A stretch of DNA of 64,000 nucleotides from an uncultured Phycisphaerales bacterium (GTDB taxonomy: Bacteria > Planctomycetota > Phycisphaerae > Tepidisphaerales > Tepidisphaeraceae). Below the pieces are notes generated by a model that worked only from the letters and a program-made list of their open reading frames with translations, was not told where the DNA came from and ran no database searches. The DNA lies in assembly GCA_963758525.1 (NCBI GenBank), contig CAVWVQ010000003.1, positions 3,296,001-3,360,000 on the forward strand, written 5' to 3'. The position numbers were made by a program, and so were the translations under genes. Below are positions 38,450 through 50,004 of the stretch, in pieces (position 1 is the first letter of the stretch; each line of letters opens with the position of its first letter).

Positions 38450-41400
38450 GTGCGTCGCAGCGTTGGAGTCGCTCTTCTTTCGCTGCTCACAATTTCCGCG
38501 ATCGCCCGCGCCCAATATCAATCTCCCAGCCAGCAGCTTCTCGTCACGGCCGGCTCGGCGTTCACCCGGCAGCAGGGGGATGGCTCGGTCATCGAAGCCG
38601 AGCGAAACGTCACCATCGAACTCGACCGCGCGAAGCTGTCGGCTGATTCGGCAGTAATCTGGCTTTCCGGAGCCGCAGGGCAGAATCAGCCGCAACAGGT
38701 ACAGATCGGCCTGGTCGGTCACGCCAGCGTTCAGCAGAAGGGGGCATCGCGCAGCGGCGATCAACTGTTCGTCACCGCCGAGGTCGTTGGGACGATCCGG
38801 CTGACGGCAGAGCCGGCGACGGCGCACGGATCCTCGGATCTCTACCAGAAGGCCGCCGCACTGCGCGATTCCGCGCAAACGGCAGTCGCTCCTCCCGGCC
38901 AGGCGCCGCCGGAACCTTCCGCAACTGCACCTCCACTGCTGAGCGATCCCTCCGCTTCGGTCCCGGGTGTCCGCAGCGGCGGTCCCGGGAGCGGGGCGCC
39001 GGAATCTACTGCTGGCCAACCCCGCGCACCGGTCTACTTCGACGACGAACCGCAGTCGGCGACCCGCCGCGCCACCACGCAGCCCGCCACGCGCCCGACG
39101 ACCGCTCCGGTGAATTTCGAGGCCGAGCACATTGAAACCGCCCAGACGCCGGAACACCGCGCGGCAATCCTGCTCAGCGGCGGGGTGCTGCTGTTCCAAC
39201 AGAAGACCAAGGGAGACATCATCGAGCTGCGCGCGCAGCGTGCCGTTCTCTTCACCACTGCCGAGCATGTGAAGCAGCTCGCCGCCTCGGCGCACGGGCG
39301 GCAGGTGCAGGACTCGGTCGAGGGGGCGTATCTGGAAGGGGACGTGCGGATCGTCTACACCTCGCCGGGTTACATCAAGGGCGAACAGCGTCTCACGGCC
39401 GATCGGGTCTACTACCAATTCGGCACCGACCGCGCGATTCTCACGGACGCGGTCGTCCACACCGTCGATGTGAAACGCCAGGTTCCGATCATCATTCGCG
39501 CCAAAACGCTCAGACAACTGGCCGAGGGAGAGTACAAGGGCGACAAAGTCGAGCTGACCACCAGCAGCTTTGCGCTGCCGTCCCTGGCGATTGCCGCCGA
39601 TCGCATGTACGTGAAATCTGAAATGAGCGCCGACAGCGGCGATCAGGAAACCTATTTCAAAGCCAACGGCGCCACGATTCCGATCTTCGGCGTTCCAGTC
39701 TTCTACTGGCCCGTGCTTTCGGGAACTGCGGACGATCGCGGCAGCGCGCTGCGAGGCATCGGCCTGGAGAATCGCAATTCCTTCGGCTTTGGACCCCAGA
39801 CCGAATGGGGGCTCTTTGAGAGCTTAGGCGCCACTGCGCCGAAGGATCTCGACGCCGCCTATCGTCTCGACTACTACTCCGAGCGCGGTCCCGGATTCGG
39901 AATCAGCGCCGCGTATCAGGGCGGCCATATCACCGACACAACCAAGCAGCCGCAGGAATTCGCCGGCGATTTCAAAGCGTATTTCGTCAACGACAAGGGG
40001 CAGGACGATCTGAATCGCCAGCCGATCCACGAATACACCGACGAGACGCTGCGCGGCCGGGTTCTGTGGGAGCATACGCAGTATTTCCCCGACGGATGGG
40101 AAGCGCAGCTTCGCGCCGGCTGGGTGTCAGACGCGACATTTCTCGAGAGCTGGTATCGGCGCGATTACGAAACCGACCTCCCTCTGAGTGTCTCGGCTTA
40201 TATCAAGCATTTGAACGAAACCGAAGCGACCACGCTGCTCTTCGACATTCAGCCAAGCCGCGTGGTAACCACCTCGGATCTCGAGCAGGAGCAGTTTGAA
40301 GTCGAGCGGTATCCTGAGTTCGGGTACCGCCGGATCGGCGACGGATTTCTCGACAACCAGCTCACGTTCTTCAGCGACAACACAGCGGATGCGCTGAAAT
40401 TCCAGCAGAGCCGGGCCTCGCTGATCGATCAGGGATATACGCCCAGCGCCGGTATCACACCGGGGTTGCCGTCACTCGGAACGACCGGCGTTTTCCCGCA
40501 CACACTCTTCCGCGAAAACTTTCGCCAGGAGGTCGATTATCCGCTGACGGCCGGTCCGATTCGCGTCGTTCCCTATACCATGGGAATCCTGACGCAGTAC
40601 TCCAATTCCCCCCGCGACGGAGAGATCACCCGCCTCCTCGCCGGTGTCGGAGCGCGTTTCAGCACGGCCTTCTGGAAGGTCGATCCGACCGCCGAGTCAG
40701 ATTTATTCGACATCCATCAGATTCGCCACATTATCCAGCCGGAGGTGAATCTGTTTACCTCGGCACAGAACATCTCGCACGACGACGTTTACATCTATGA
40801 CGAGCAGGTCGACGCCGTCAATGACGTCTCGGTTGCTCAGCTTGCGCTGCGTCAGACGTGGCAGACCAAACGCGGCGCACCGGGCGAATGGCGCAATGTC
40901 GACGTCTTCTCCCTCAACGTCGAGGCGAATTTCTTCGCCAACAAACCGCCGCCGCGCTTCGCCAACCCGCTAAACTTTCGCGGACTGTTTTTCTCGTCTC
41001 TTCCCGAAGCGTCGGTCCCGCGCAACTCCGTGAATGTGGACGCGTCGTGGCGGGTGAGCGACGAAACCGTGCTGCTGGCCGACATGAGCGAGAACCTCGA
41101 CACCGGCACCTTCGCGACCGCCGCGATCGGCGTTCTGGTTCGCCGCGGCGAGCGGATCAGCTATTACCTCGAGAACCGCTTCGTGCAGGATCTGAACGCC
41201 AACATCACCAGCGCCGACCTGCAGTACCAATTGACCAACAAATACTCCGTTGGAATCAGCGAGTCGTTCAACTTCAGCAACGGCCAGGACGTCAGTTCCG
41301 GCATCAGCCTGCTGCGGACTTTCGACTCCTTCTCCCTTACGGTTTCAGCCTATCGCGATCTGACGACTGGTGTGAACAGCTTTAGCGTCGAGATCACGCC

Positions 41401-41458
41401 ACTGGGTCTGTCCAAGGGAGCCGGGTCCGGGGCGTTTTCGAATAGCTTCCGAAAGTAG
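38450..41458 (+). CDS. lptD: LPS-assembly outer-membrane protein LptD
   Basis: Signal peptide, OstA-like beta-jellyroll (YLEGDVRI, ADRVYY), GVPVFYWP, beta-barrel with RHIIQPE. Confidence 0.82.
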   Translation: MRRSVGVALLSLLTISAIARAQYQSPSQQLLVTAGSAFTRQQGDGSVIEAERNVTIELDRAKLSADSAVIWLSGAAGQNQPQQVQIGLVGHASVQQKGASRSGDQLFVTAEVVGTIRLTAEPATAHGSSDLYQKAAALRDSAQTAVAPPGQAPPEPSATAPPLLSDPSASVPGVRSGGPGSGAPESTAGQPRAPVYFDDEPQSATRRATTQPATRPTTAPVNFEAEHIETAQTPEHRAAILLSGGVLLFQQKTKGDIIELRAQRAVLFTTAEHVKQLAASAHGRQVQDSVEGAYLEGDVRIVYTSPGYIKGEQRLTADRVYYQFGTDRAILTDAVVHTVDVKRQVPIIIRAKTLRQLAEGEYKGDKVELTTSSFALPSLAIAADRMYVKSEMSADSGDQETYFKANGATIPIFGVPVFYWPVLSGTADDRGSALRGIGLENRNSFGFGPQTEWGLFESLGATAPKDLDAAYRLDYYSERGPGFGISAAYQGGHITDTTKQPQEFAGDFKAYFVNDKGQDDLNRQPIHEYTDETLRGRVLWEHTQYFPDGWEAQLRAGWVSDATFLESWYRRDYETDLPLSVSAYIKHLNETEATTLLFDIQPSRVVTTSDLEQEQFEVERYPEFGYRRIGDGFLDNQLTFFSDNTADALKFQQSRASLIDQGYTPSAGITPGLPSLGTTGVFPHTLFRENFRQEVDYPLTAGPIRVVPYTMGILTQYSNSPRDGEITRLLAGVGARFSTAFWKVDPTAESDLFDIHQIRHIIQPEVNLFTSAQNISHDDVYIYDEQVDAVNDVSVAQLALRQTWQTKRGAPGEWRNVDVFSLNVEANFFANKPPPRFANPLNFRGLFFSSLPEASVPRNSVNVDASWRVSDETVLLADMSENLDTGTFATAAIGVLVRRGERISYYLENRFVQDLNANITSADLQYQLTNKYSVGISESFNFSNGQDVSSGISLLRTFDSFSLTVSAYRDLTTGVNSFSVEITPLGLSKGAGSGAFSNSFRK

Positions 41459-41461
41459 AAT

Positions 41462-42115
41462 TCAGTCCTTCTTTGGCTTGAGCAAATCCGCAAACTTCTC
41501 TTTGAGCAGCGCGAGCTTGGGAACGTCGCATACCTGCACATACGGCTGGTCGGGATTCTTTTCCGCGTAGTCCTGGTGATAATCCTCGGCGGCATAGAAG
41601 CCTTTCAACGGCTCCAGCGACGTTACGATCGGATCCCCGAAGGCGTGATCGTCTGTCAGTTGCTTGATATAGGCGGCGGCAACGCGCTTCTGGTCGTCGT
41701 TGGCGTAGAAAATGGCGGAGCGATAGCTGGTGCCGACGTCATTGCCCTGGCGGTTCAGGGTGGTCGGATCGAAGAGCGTGAAATAAACCCGCAGAAGCTG
41801 GCCAAAGCTGATCTTGGCGGGGTCGTAGGTGATCTGAACGGACTCCGCGTGCCCGGTGCGCTCGGTTGTGACCTGGTCGTAGGTGGCGGTTGACTTGTCG
41901 CCGCCTGCATAGCCGGCGACGACGCTCTCGACTCCATTGAGCTTCTCGAAGACGGCCTGGGTTCCCCAAAAGCATCCCCCGGCAAGCACCAGCGTCTGAT
42001 TTCCCTTCTGGCCCGATACATCTTCGGCAGGGGAAGGGAGGTCGTGCCGCGGACCGGCGCCGCAGGAGAGGCAAAGTCCGATGAGGAAAAGAGCAGCAGC
42101 CGCACAACGATTCAT
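41462..42115 (-). CDS. msrA: Exported peptide-methionine (S)-S-oxide reductase
   Basis: AGGCFWG, GYAGG, TGHAESV, RQGNDVGTSYRSAIF, AEDYHQDY; signal peptide. Confidence 0.95.
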   Translation of the reverse strand: MNRCAAAALFLIGLCLSCGAGPRHDLPSPAEDVSGQKGNQTLVLAGGCFWGTQAVFEKLNGVESVVAGYAGGDKSTATYDQVTTERTGHAESVQITYDPAKISFGQLLRVYFTLFDPTTLNRQGNDVGTSYRSAIFYANDDQKRVAAAYIKQLTDDHAFGDPIVTSLEPLKGFYAAEDYHQDYAEKNPDQPYVQVCDVPKLALLKEKFADLLKPKKD

Positions 42116-42184
42116 GCAAACCTCCAGCAGTTGCAAATCATTGGCGGGCCTGGTTTATTCCGGTTTATCCTGCCTTGTCCAGCT

Positions 42185-43432
42185 TCATTTTGCGGCCACG
42201 TCCAGACAGACCCCTTGTTTGTTGCTCCGCGCATAGATCCGGCCGTCTGCGACCGCCGGGGCCGTCCAGCATTTGCTGCCCAGCGGATGTGCCATGCTGA
42301 GGGGGTGATACCCATCGGGCGTTGCCTCGACCAGCAGCAGTTGGCCGGCGGCGGCCTGCACCAGCAGGACGCCATCGACCAACTCGACTTCGCCCTGGCC
42401 GAATCCCTCTTTGGACCATCGTTCTTTGCCGGTCTGGAGTTCAATGCATTTCAGCGGCGCATTGGTGGTCTGCTGAAATCCGTACAGACCGTAGAGGTAT
42501 CCATCTTTGACAACAGGCGTGGACCAGTGGTTCATCACATCTTTGGTCTTCTGGCGCCACAACTGGGTGACGGCGAATTTGTCGCCCTCTTTCGTGACGC
42601 GGAATGCCCCGGCGCCCGAGCCGTAGCCGGCCGAGCAATAGACGACGTTTCCGCTCACGACCGGCGACGCCGCCGTTGAAGTGCTGTAGGGAAATGCCTG
42701 TCTCCAGAAAACCCTGCCGGTCGCAGGGTCGATCGAGACGAGGCCGGACTGCATGAAGAAGATCAGTTGCTTCACGCCGTCAATCGTTGCCGGCGTTGCT
42801 GTCGCGTGAGTCGGCTTGTCGTCGAGCTCTTTCCAGACGACTTTTCCGTCTTCTTTGTTGAACCCGATGATTGCCTGGCCGGGCCCTCCGCCATCGACGA
42901 TGACCAGATCTCCGTCAACGATCGGCGAACTCGCATTGCCCCAGTGGAGGACGCTTCCGCCAAACTCCGAAACCAGATCGTGCGACCAGAGAATTTTTCC
43001 GTCGGTTCCGTCAAGACATGCCAGCTTCATGTACGTGCTCAGCACATAGACTTTGTCGCCGTCGATAAACGGCGTGGACCGCGGACCGTCGCCTCCCTGG
43101 CGATCTTTGATCGTCTTGTCGATGCGTGTGGACCAGAGTTGCTTGCCGGTTTTCGGATCGAGCGATGTGCAGGACTCGCCGTCGTCGACTTTTTCGAAGC
43201 AGCAAACCTTGCCCGAGCCGACAGCGAATGATCCGAACGCCTCGCCCAGCGGCACGTTCCAGACCACCTTCGGTCCCGCCGATGGCCACTGCGTTATGAT
43301 CTTTTCGGTGGTGGTCCCGTTCCCGTCCGGCCCGCGGTAGCCGGGCCACTCCAATGCGCTGGCAACGCCAGCGCCCATAGCTGTCAGAGCGAAAGAATAG
43401 GCCGCCAGTCGAAGGATGGTGCGTGGGATCAT
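42185..43432 (-). CDS. PQQ-like beta-propeller (BamB-like) protein
   Basis: Signal peptide, WPGYRGP, repeated STP/SSP..DG motifs with W. Confidence 0.88.
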   Translation of the reverse strand: MIPRTILRLAAYSFALTAMGAGVASALEWPGYRGPDGNGTTTEKIITQWPSAGPKVVWNVPLGEAFGSFAVGSGKVCCFEKVDDGESCTSLDPKTGKQLWSTRIDKTIKDRQGGDGPRSTPFIDGDKVYVLSTYMKLACLDGTDGKILWSHDLVSEFGGSVLHWGNASSPIVDGDLVIVDGGGPGQAIIGFNKEDGKVVWKELDDKPTHATATPATIDGVKQLIFFMQSGLVSIDPATGRVFWRQAFPYSTSTAASPVVSGNVVYCSAGYGSGAGAFRVTKEGDKFAVTQLWRQKTKDVMNHWSTPVVKDGYLYGLYGFQQTTNAPLKCIELQTGKERWSKEGFGQGEVELVDGVLLVQAAAGQLLLVEATPDGYHPLSMAHPLGSKCWTAPAVADGRIYARSNKQGVCLDVAAK

Positions 43433-43614
43433 GTAGGTATTCTACTCTGCGGGACATGTGAAGTTGAAGGCTGGCAGGCAGTCGTTCGCCAGAGACCTGA
43501 AGCGCGAGGCGGAACAACTTGGAGCCGCACCGCCAGAATGTTAGATTTTCCAACTGCGATTGCGTGCGTATCAGCAATCGAGATTTGACGACCTCTGCAA
43601 TCGGGGTGAATCCG

Positions 43615-43977
43615 ATGGCCTACGACCCGCTCGATCCCGATGCCGATTACTTCCGGCCGCCTGCCGTTTCGATTGAGGTCGGCTGCCTGCACTGCGAAGA
43701 AACCTACGACAGCTATCGAATCGAGTGGCGAATCGAAACCGATGCGGACGGCAAGCAGCATGGGTTCTGGTGCTGCCCCATCGAGAACTGCGACGGCCGG
43801 GGTTTCGGATTCGACATCTTCCCGACCGACCCGAATTACCAGGATGAGCGCGGCGGGTGGTCCTGGACGGACGATGACGACGAGGAAGAATACGACGATC
43901 TCCCCGGCGACGAACCCACGTCCAGCGGCAACGGGCACCGTGAGGATCCCCATGATGACGAAGACCTGCCGTGGTAA
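43615..43977 (+). CDS. Small Cys/His protein with acidic tail
   Basis: CLHC and WCCPIENCDG..FGFDI; D/E-rich C-terminus. Confidence 0.7.
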   Translation: MAYDPLDPDADYFRPPAVSIEVGCLHCEETYDSYRIEWRIETDADGKQHGFWCCPIENCDGRGFGFDIFPTDPNYQDERGGWSWTDDDDEEEYDDLPGDEPTSSGNGHREDPHDDEDLPW

Positions 43978-44020
43978 CGGGAGGAACGCTACCGTGAGCC
44001 GCTCTACTTCGGCTATCAGT

Positions 44021-44572
44021 TTATCCCTGTGGCGTGTCGATCAACAATTGCAGCCTTGAGGCAAGCTCCGGCGCCAAACGTGCCGACCAGGTGGCGTCGA
44101 TCAGGCCAACCTCCAGCATATCCCGCAGATGCGTTTTATCCTTGTCGCAATACGAGGTGAGCTTCATCCGTACGAGCATCTCCAACGCGATGACTCTGAA
44201 ATCATCCGGCTTCACCGCGTCGGACACGTCGGGAGCTGGGGTCAGGTGTTCAGGGCGGCCTCTCTCGCCGGCGATCAAGATGTGGACCTCATCGCGCGGG
44301 CCGGCGGCGGCGCCGTCCATGAACATGTCGATTCCTCCAACTTGGTGGCGGACGAACCCCGCCGCGGATAGCGCCCGCTCGGCGGCGTTGAGGTCGGCGC
44401 GGCGCAATAAGATGTCCACGTCCTGCGTGTTGCGCACGGCTGCAGGGTCGATTGTCGCCACCCAAGCCGCTACGGCGTTGCCGCCGACCACCGCGTACGG
44501 AACGCTGGCCGCCTCCAGCGCCGCCGTCGCGCGTCGCAGGCGCTCTCGCACCCGTTCCACGGCCGGCACCAT
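44021..44572 (-). CDS. Nucleotidyltransferase-fold protein
   Basis: YAVVGGNAV, RNTQDVDIL, MKL..DKD..H; start may be GTG 44601 if there is an indel. Confidence 0.8.
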   Translation of the reverse strand: MVPAVERVRERLRRATAALEAASVPYAVVGGNAVAAWVATIDPAAVRNTQDVDILLRRADLNAAERALSAAGFVRHQVGGIDMFMDGAAAGPRDEVHILIAGERGRPEHLTPAPDVSDAVKPDDFRVIALEMLVRMKLTSYCDKDKTHLRDMLEVGLIDATWSARLAPELASRLQLLIDTPQG

Positions 44573-44961
44573 CCTGTCCAGAAGAGACTGGTCTATCCAC
44601 GCCTGAGCTATGGGTACATGATACAGTGCTGATCAAACCGGCAATAATTTTGCTTGTGCCAAGAATAGGCACAGCAGAATCGGTTGCCTAACTCTTGGTC
44701 TGATTTTCCGTAGTATTCCGCGTAACCTCGATCCGCAGACAGCCGTTGGCTCGATTATCGGCTTCGGCGCGGGAATTGCCATACCATTTCAACGGCGGAT
44801 TTCGGCTCGAAGTTGCACAATAGTTAGGCAGCTTTTGGCGAGTTCGTCCCTGTGACACGCTTAGTTTTTTGTTGTGACAGTCTGGCGTTTTGGTAAACTG
44901 CGGAACTCTCATCGCCGGGGCCAGGCTGGCGGTGTTTCACTTAACACGTGTGAGTTGATTG

Positions 44962-47900
44962 ATGAACGGACTGCCTCCCAAACAGGGCTTGTACGATCCG
45001 CGCTTTGAGCACGACGCCTGCGGCGTCGGGTTTGTCTGCCATTTGAAGGGCAAGCCCTCGCATCAGGTGGTGATGGACGCCCTGAAGATGCTCGAAAACA
45101 TGGAGCATCGCGGCGGCTGCGGGTGCGAGCCGGACAGCGGCGACGGGGCGGGCATTCTCGTGAGGATCCCTGACTCGTTTCTCCGCAGGAAGTGCGAGGC
45201 CCTGGGCTTCAAACTCCCCAAGGCCGGGAGCTACGGCGTGGGGATGCTTTTCCTCTCGCAGGACATGGTGGCTCGCCGTGAGTGCGAGCAGATCTTCGAG
45301 AAGATCTGCCGGGATTTCGGCATGGTCGTGCTCGGCTGGCGCGATGTTCCGGTGGACGGGCGTCAGGTGGGCCCGACTCCCAAGAAAACCGAACCGAAAG
45401 TTCGCCAGGTCTTCGTCGGGATGGGCGAGGCGTTTTACAACCGCACCGACTTCGAACGCCGCTTGTATCTCGTCCGCCAGATCGCGGAAAACACCATCGA
45501 GTTTGCCAGCCCGCAGGTGCCGGCGGAGGCGCGCGAAGACTTCTACGTCTGCTGCCTCTCCACCAACCGCCTGGTCTACAAGGGCATGCTGAACACGGCG
45601 CAGCTCAAGAAATATTATCTGGATCTGCAGGATCCGCAGTTCCAGAGCGGGTTGGCCATGGTTCACTCGCGATTCTCCACCAACACATTCCCTTCGTGGA
45701 GGCTGGCGCACCCGTATCGGATGATCGCGCACAATGGCGAGATCAACACGCTCCGCGGCAACCGCAACTGGATGCGCGCGCGGGCCGGATCGCTTCAATC
45801 AGACGCGTTCGGCGATGAACTGACCAAAATGTTCCCGCTGCTCACCGAGTCCGGCAGCGACTCGGCGACGCTCGACAATGCCCTCCAATTCCTCTATTCC
45901 GGCGGACGCTCGCTCTCCCATGCCGTGCTGATGCTGATCCCTGAAGCCTGGCAGAAGCATGAGCTGATGGAGCCGGATCTCAAGGCGTTTTACGAATATC
46001 ACGCATGCCTGATGGAGCCGTGGGACGGACCGGCGTCGATCGCGTTCACCAACGGCGAAGTGATCGGGGCGGTGCTCGACCGCAACGGTCTGCGCCCCAG
46101 CCGTTATTACGTCACCAAAGACGACATGGTCATCATGGCCAGCGAAGTCGGCGTGCTGCCCATCGAGCCGGAGCGCATCGCCAAGAAATGGCGATTGCAG
46201 CCGGGCAAGATCTTCCTGGTTGACATGAAGCAGGGGCGGATTGTCGACGATCGCGAGATTAAGAGCGAGCTGGTCGACAAGCGGCCCTGGCGTCGCTGGA
46301 TCGAAGAAAACATGATCGAGCTGGACAAGCTGCCGGCTCCCAAGAGCGTCCATCAGCCCGACCATGACACGCTGCTCGTTCGCCAGCATGCGTTTGGGTA
46401 CACGACCGAAGAAGTGAAAATGATCATCAGCCCGATGGCGGTCGGCGGCCTCGAAGGGCTCGGATCGATGGGCACGGATACGCCCCTGGCGTGCCTCTCC
46501 GAAAAACCGCAGCTTCTCTATGCCTATTTCAAGCAGCTTTTCGCTCAGGTGACGAATCCTCCGCTGGATGCCAACTTCGAGGAATTGGTCACTTCGCTTT
46601 ACACGTATCTCGGTCGCGAAGGGAATCTGCTAGACGAATCTCCCAAGGCGTGCAGCCTCGTCAAGCTCAAGCAGCCCATCCTGGCCAACGCGGATCTGGA
46701 ACGGCTGCGAGAACTTTCGACAGACACTCTTCATTCTGTCACGCTTCACATGCTGTTCAACGTCGGCGACGGCGAAGGTGGCTTGGAGAAGGCGCTCGAT
46801 GTGCTGTGCGACAGCGCATCCCGCGCAATCAAGGACGGCGCGTCCATCCTCATCCTTTCCGATCGCGGCGTGGATGCCGATCATGCGCCGATCCCCAGCC
46901 TGCTCGCGACCGCCGCGGTGCATCATCACCTCATCCGTCAGGGGACGCGCACGCAGTGCGGCCTCGTGATCGAGACCGGCGAGGCCCGCGAAGTTCATCA
47001 CTTCTGCCTGCTGATCGGCTACGGAGCCGGCGCGGTGAACCCGTATCTCGCGTTTGAAACACTGGCCGATATGGCGCGTCTGGGAATGCTTCCCAAGGAT
47101 GCGACGCTCGATCAGGCGAAGAAAAACTACATCAAGGCGGCCAACAAGGGGATCATCAAGGTCGCCTCGAAGATGGGCATCTCCACGGTGCAAAGCTATC
47201 GCGGTGCGCAGATCTTCGAAGCGGTCGGCATCGGACGCTCCGTCATCGAAAAGTATTTCACCGGCACCGCGTCGCGCATCGCCGGCATCGGGCTCGATGT
47301 CATCGCACGCGAAAGCCTTGAGCGTCATCGCCATGGTTTCCCCCCGATTCGCGTCAACGGCGAAGTCCTCGAAAATGGCGGGCAATATCAGTGGCGCCGC
47401 GACGGCGAATATCACATGTGGAACCCGGACACCGTCGCCAAGCTCCAGCAGGCGGTCCGCATCACCGGCTTCCCGACGTTCCGCGAATACTCCAAACTCG
47501 TCGACGACGAATCGCGCCACCGCTGCACCATCCGCGGCCTGCTCAATTACAAAAAGGCGGCTGTTCCGATTCCGCTTGAGGAAGTCGAGCCGGCCAAGGA
47601 GATCGTCAAGCGCTTCGTGACCGGAGCGATGTCGTTCGGGTCGATCAGCAAGGAAGCGCACGAGAACCTGGCCATTGCCATGAACCGCATCGGCGGCAAG
47701 AGCAACACCGGGGAAGGCGGTGAAGATGCCGACCGCTTCAAGCCCGACGACAACGGCGACTGGCGTCGCAGCGCGATCAAACAGGTGGCCTCCGCGCGTT
47801 TTGGCGTGACCAGCGAATATCTGGTCAACGCTGACGAACTGCAGATCAAGATGGCCCAGGGCGCCAAGCCCGGCGAGGGCGGTCAGCTTCCGGGTTGGAA

Positions 47901-49530
47901 GGTCGATGAATACATCGGAAAGATCCGGCACTCGACGCCCGGCGTCGGGTTGATCTCCCCGCCGCCGCATCACGACATTTATTCCATCGAAGACCTCGCG
48001 CAGCTCATTCACGATTTGAAGAACTCAAATCCCAAGGCGCGCGTGTCGGTGAAACTGGTGAGCGAGGTGGGCGTTGGCACCGTCGCGGCAGGCGTCGCCA
48101 AGGCCAAGGCCGATCATATTCTCATCAGCGGCGACAGCGGCGGGACCGGCGCTTCGCCGCTCACCAGCATCAAATACGCCGGCATGCCCTGGGAACTGGG
48201 CGTCGCCGAGACACAGCAAACGCTGGTGCTCAACGACCTTCGCGGCCGAATCGTTCTCCAGACCGACGGCCAGATCAAGACCGGCCGTGATGTGCTCATC
48301 GGCGCGCTGCTGGGCGCGGAGGAATTCGGCTTTTCCACGGGGCCGCTGATCGCCTCCGGCTGCATCATGATGCGTGTCTGCCATCTCAACACCTGCCCGG
48401 TCGGCGTGGCAACGCAGGATCCTGAGCTGCGCAAGAAATTCACCGGCAAGCCGGAGCACGTGATCAATTTCATGTTCTTCATCGCCGAAGAAGTGCGGCT
48501 CTACATGGCCGAGATGGGCATTCGCAATTTCGACGAACTGGTCGGACGAAGCGATCTTCTCGAGTTCGCCGATCTGTCCTCTCACTGGAAGGCACAACAC
48601 CTCGATCTCTCCGTCATTTTGCATCGGCCCGAGGTTGGCCCCAACGTCGCGATCCGCAATGTGCAGAAGCAGGATCACGGGCTGGAACTATCGCTCGACC
48701 ACACGAAGCTGATTCCACTCGCCCGCAAGGCGCTGGAGCACGGCGAAAAGGTTTCGGCGGAACTGCAGATCCAGAACACGAATCGGACCGTCGGCACGAC
48801 GCTCTCGGGCGAGGTGGCCAAGAAATATGGTTTTGCCGGCCTGCCCGCCGACACGATCACATTCAAGTTCACCGGGTCGGCCGGCCAGAGCTTTGGCGCT
48901 TTTGCCGCTCGCGGCGTCACGCTTCTGCTCGAAGGAGACGCCAACGACTATGTCGGCAAAGGTCTTTCCGGCGGACGCATCGCCGTCTTCCCGCCAAAGG
49001 CGGCCACGTTCAAAGCCAATGAAAACATCATCGCCGGCAATGTGATCGCCTACGGCGCCATCGCCGGCGAACTGTATATCCGCGGCGTCGTCGGCGAACG
49101 CTTCTGCGTCCGCAACAGCGGCGCCGAGGCGGTGGTTGAAGGCGTCGGCGATCATGCCTGCGAATACATGACCGGCGGGCGCGTGGTCGTGATCGGCCCC
49201 ACCGGCCGCAACTTCGCCGCCGGCATGAGCGGCGGCATCGCCTACGTCTACGACGACAGCGGACAGTTGCCCCGGCTGGCCAATCTCGATCAGGTGTCGC
49301 TCGAAACGCCCGACAAGCCGGAGGACATGGCAACGATCCGCCGACTTTTGGAGAATCACCTTCACCTCACCGCAAGCCCCGTCGCCAAGGCCATTCTCGA
49401 TGACTGGGAGAACGAGCTGCGCTGGTTTGTGAAGGTGATGCCCAACGATTATCGCCGGGTGCTGGAGCACCAGGCAGAAATGGAGCAGCGGGCGAATCTG
49501 CTTTCGAAGCGTCAATCGGCAGCGGTTTGA
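44962..49530 (+). CDS. gltB: Glutamate synthase large subunit
   Basis: [53 protein letters not shown]. Confidence 0.98.
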   Translation: MNGLPPKQGLYDPRFEHDACGVGFVCHLKGKPSHQVVMDALKMLENMEHRGGCGCEPDSGDGAGILVRIPDSFLRRKCEALGFKLPKAGSYGVGMLFLSQDMVARRECEQIFEKICRDFGMVVLGWRDVPVDGRQVGPTPKKTEPKVRQVFVGMGEAFYNRTDFERRLYLVRQIAENTIEFASPQVPAEAREDFYVCCLSTNRLVYKGMLNTAQLKKYYLDLQDPQFQSGLAMVHSRFSTNTFPSWRLAHPYRMIAHNGEINTLRGNRNWMRARAGSLQSDAFGDELTKMFPLLTESGSDSATLDNALQFLYSGGRSLSHAVLMLIPEAWQKHELMEPDLKAFYEYHACLMEPWDGPASIAFTNGEVIGAVLDRNGLRPSRYYVTKDDMVIMASEVGVLPIEPERIAKKWRLQPGKIFLVDMKQGRIVDDREIKSELVDKRPWRRWIEENMIELDKLPAPKSVHQPDHDTLLVRQHAFGYTTEEVKMIISPMAVGGLEGLGSMGTDTPLACLSEKPQLLYAYFKQLFAQVTNPPLDANFEELVTSLYTYLGREGNLLDESPKACSLVKLKQPILANADLERLRELSTDTLHSVTLHMLFNVGDGEGGLEKALDVLCDSASRAIKDGASILILSDRGVDADHAPIPSLLATAAVHHHLIRQGTRTQCGLVIETGEAREVHHFCLLIGYGAGAVNPYLAFETLADMARLGMLPKDATLDQAKKNYIKAANKGIIKVASKMGISTVQSYRGAQIFEAVGIGRSVIEKYFTGTASRIAGIGLDVIARESLERHRHGFPPIRVNGEVLENGGQYQWRRDGEYHMWNPDTVAKLQQAVRITGFPTFREYSKLVDDESRHRCTIRGLLNYKKAAVPIPLEEVEPAKEIVKRFVTGAMSFGSISKEAHENLAIAMNRIGGKSNTGEGGEDADRFKPDDNGDWRRSAIKQVASARFGVTSEYLVNADELQIKMAQGAKPGEGGQLPGWKVDEYIGKIRHSTPGVGLISPPPHHDIYSIEDLAQLIHDLKNSNPKARVSVKLVSEVGVGTVAAGVAKAKADHILISGDSGGTGASPLTSIKYAGMPWELGVAETQQTLVLNDLRGRIVLQTDGQIKTGRDVLIGALLGAEEFGFSTGPLIASGCIMMRVCHLNTCPVGVATQDPELRKKFTGKPEHVINFMFFIAEEVRLYMAEMGIRNFDELVGRSDLLEFADLSSHWKAQHLDLSVILHRPEVGPNVAIRNVQKQDHGLELSLDHTKLIPLARKALEHGEKVSAELQIQNTNRTVGTTLSGEVAKKYGFAGLPADTITFKFTGSAGQSFGAFAARGVTLLLEGDANDYVGKGLSGGRIAVFPPKAATFKANENIIAGNVIAYGAIAGELYIRGVVGERFCVRNSGAEAVVEGVGDHACEYMTGGRVVVIGPTGRNFAAGMSGGIAYVYDDSGQLPRLANLDQVSLETPDKPEDMATIRRLLENHLHLTASPVAKAILDDWENELRWFVKVMPNDYRRVLEHQAEMEQRANLLSKRQSAAV

Positions 49531-49536
49531 ACTGCG

Positions 49537-50004
49537 ATGGCGACTGCGGAGCAGCAAGCACGGGCGAAAGTCTATCGGGACGCCGCAATCGAGCACATTA
49601 CTGTCGCTCGTGAGCTTTATGAAACCGGCAGATATGTCCTTGCGAATTATGTCGCTGGACTCGCGGTTGAATGTATGCTGCGGGCCTACCGGTATAGGAT
49701 TGATCCGAACTTCGACGCGAGGCATGATGTTGAACGACTCTTTAAATTGGCCAAGTTCAATGACCTTGTGCCGGCGGCGGATATTGGGGCTCTTAGCGCG
49801 GCCCTCGGTGATGTTCTCGCGTATTGGTCGAACGATCATCGATTTCTCAGCCTTGCTGCTTTACAAAAGCGGTGGGCGGACAGGGGCTTGTATCGGGGAA
49901 TAAAGGGAAGTGTTGTAAAGGAGTTGGTCCGGCGGACTCTGAACGCTGCCGAACGCATTGTTGCAACTGGAGCAGCCCGATGGAAAAGTTCTTTCAAAAA
50001 CTGA
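49537..50004 (+). CDS. HEPN-domain protein
   Basis: AxEHxxxAxELY..GRY..A.Y..GLAVECMLRA and RHDVERL, a HEPN helical pattern. Confidence 0.75.
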   Translation: MATAEQQARAKVYRDAAIEHITVARELYETGRYVLANYVAGLAVECMLRAYRYRIDPNFDARHDVERLFKLAKFNDLVPAADIGALSAALGDVLAYWSNDHRFLSLAALQKRWADRGLYRGIKGSVVKELVRRTLNAAERIVATGAARWKSSFKN

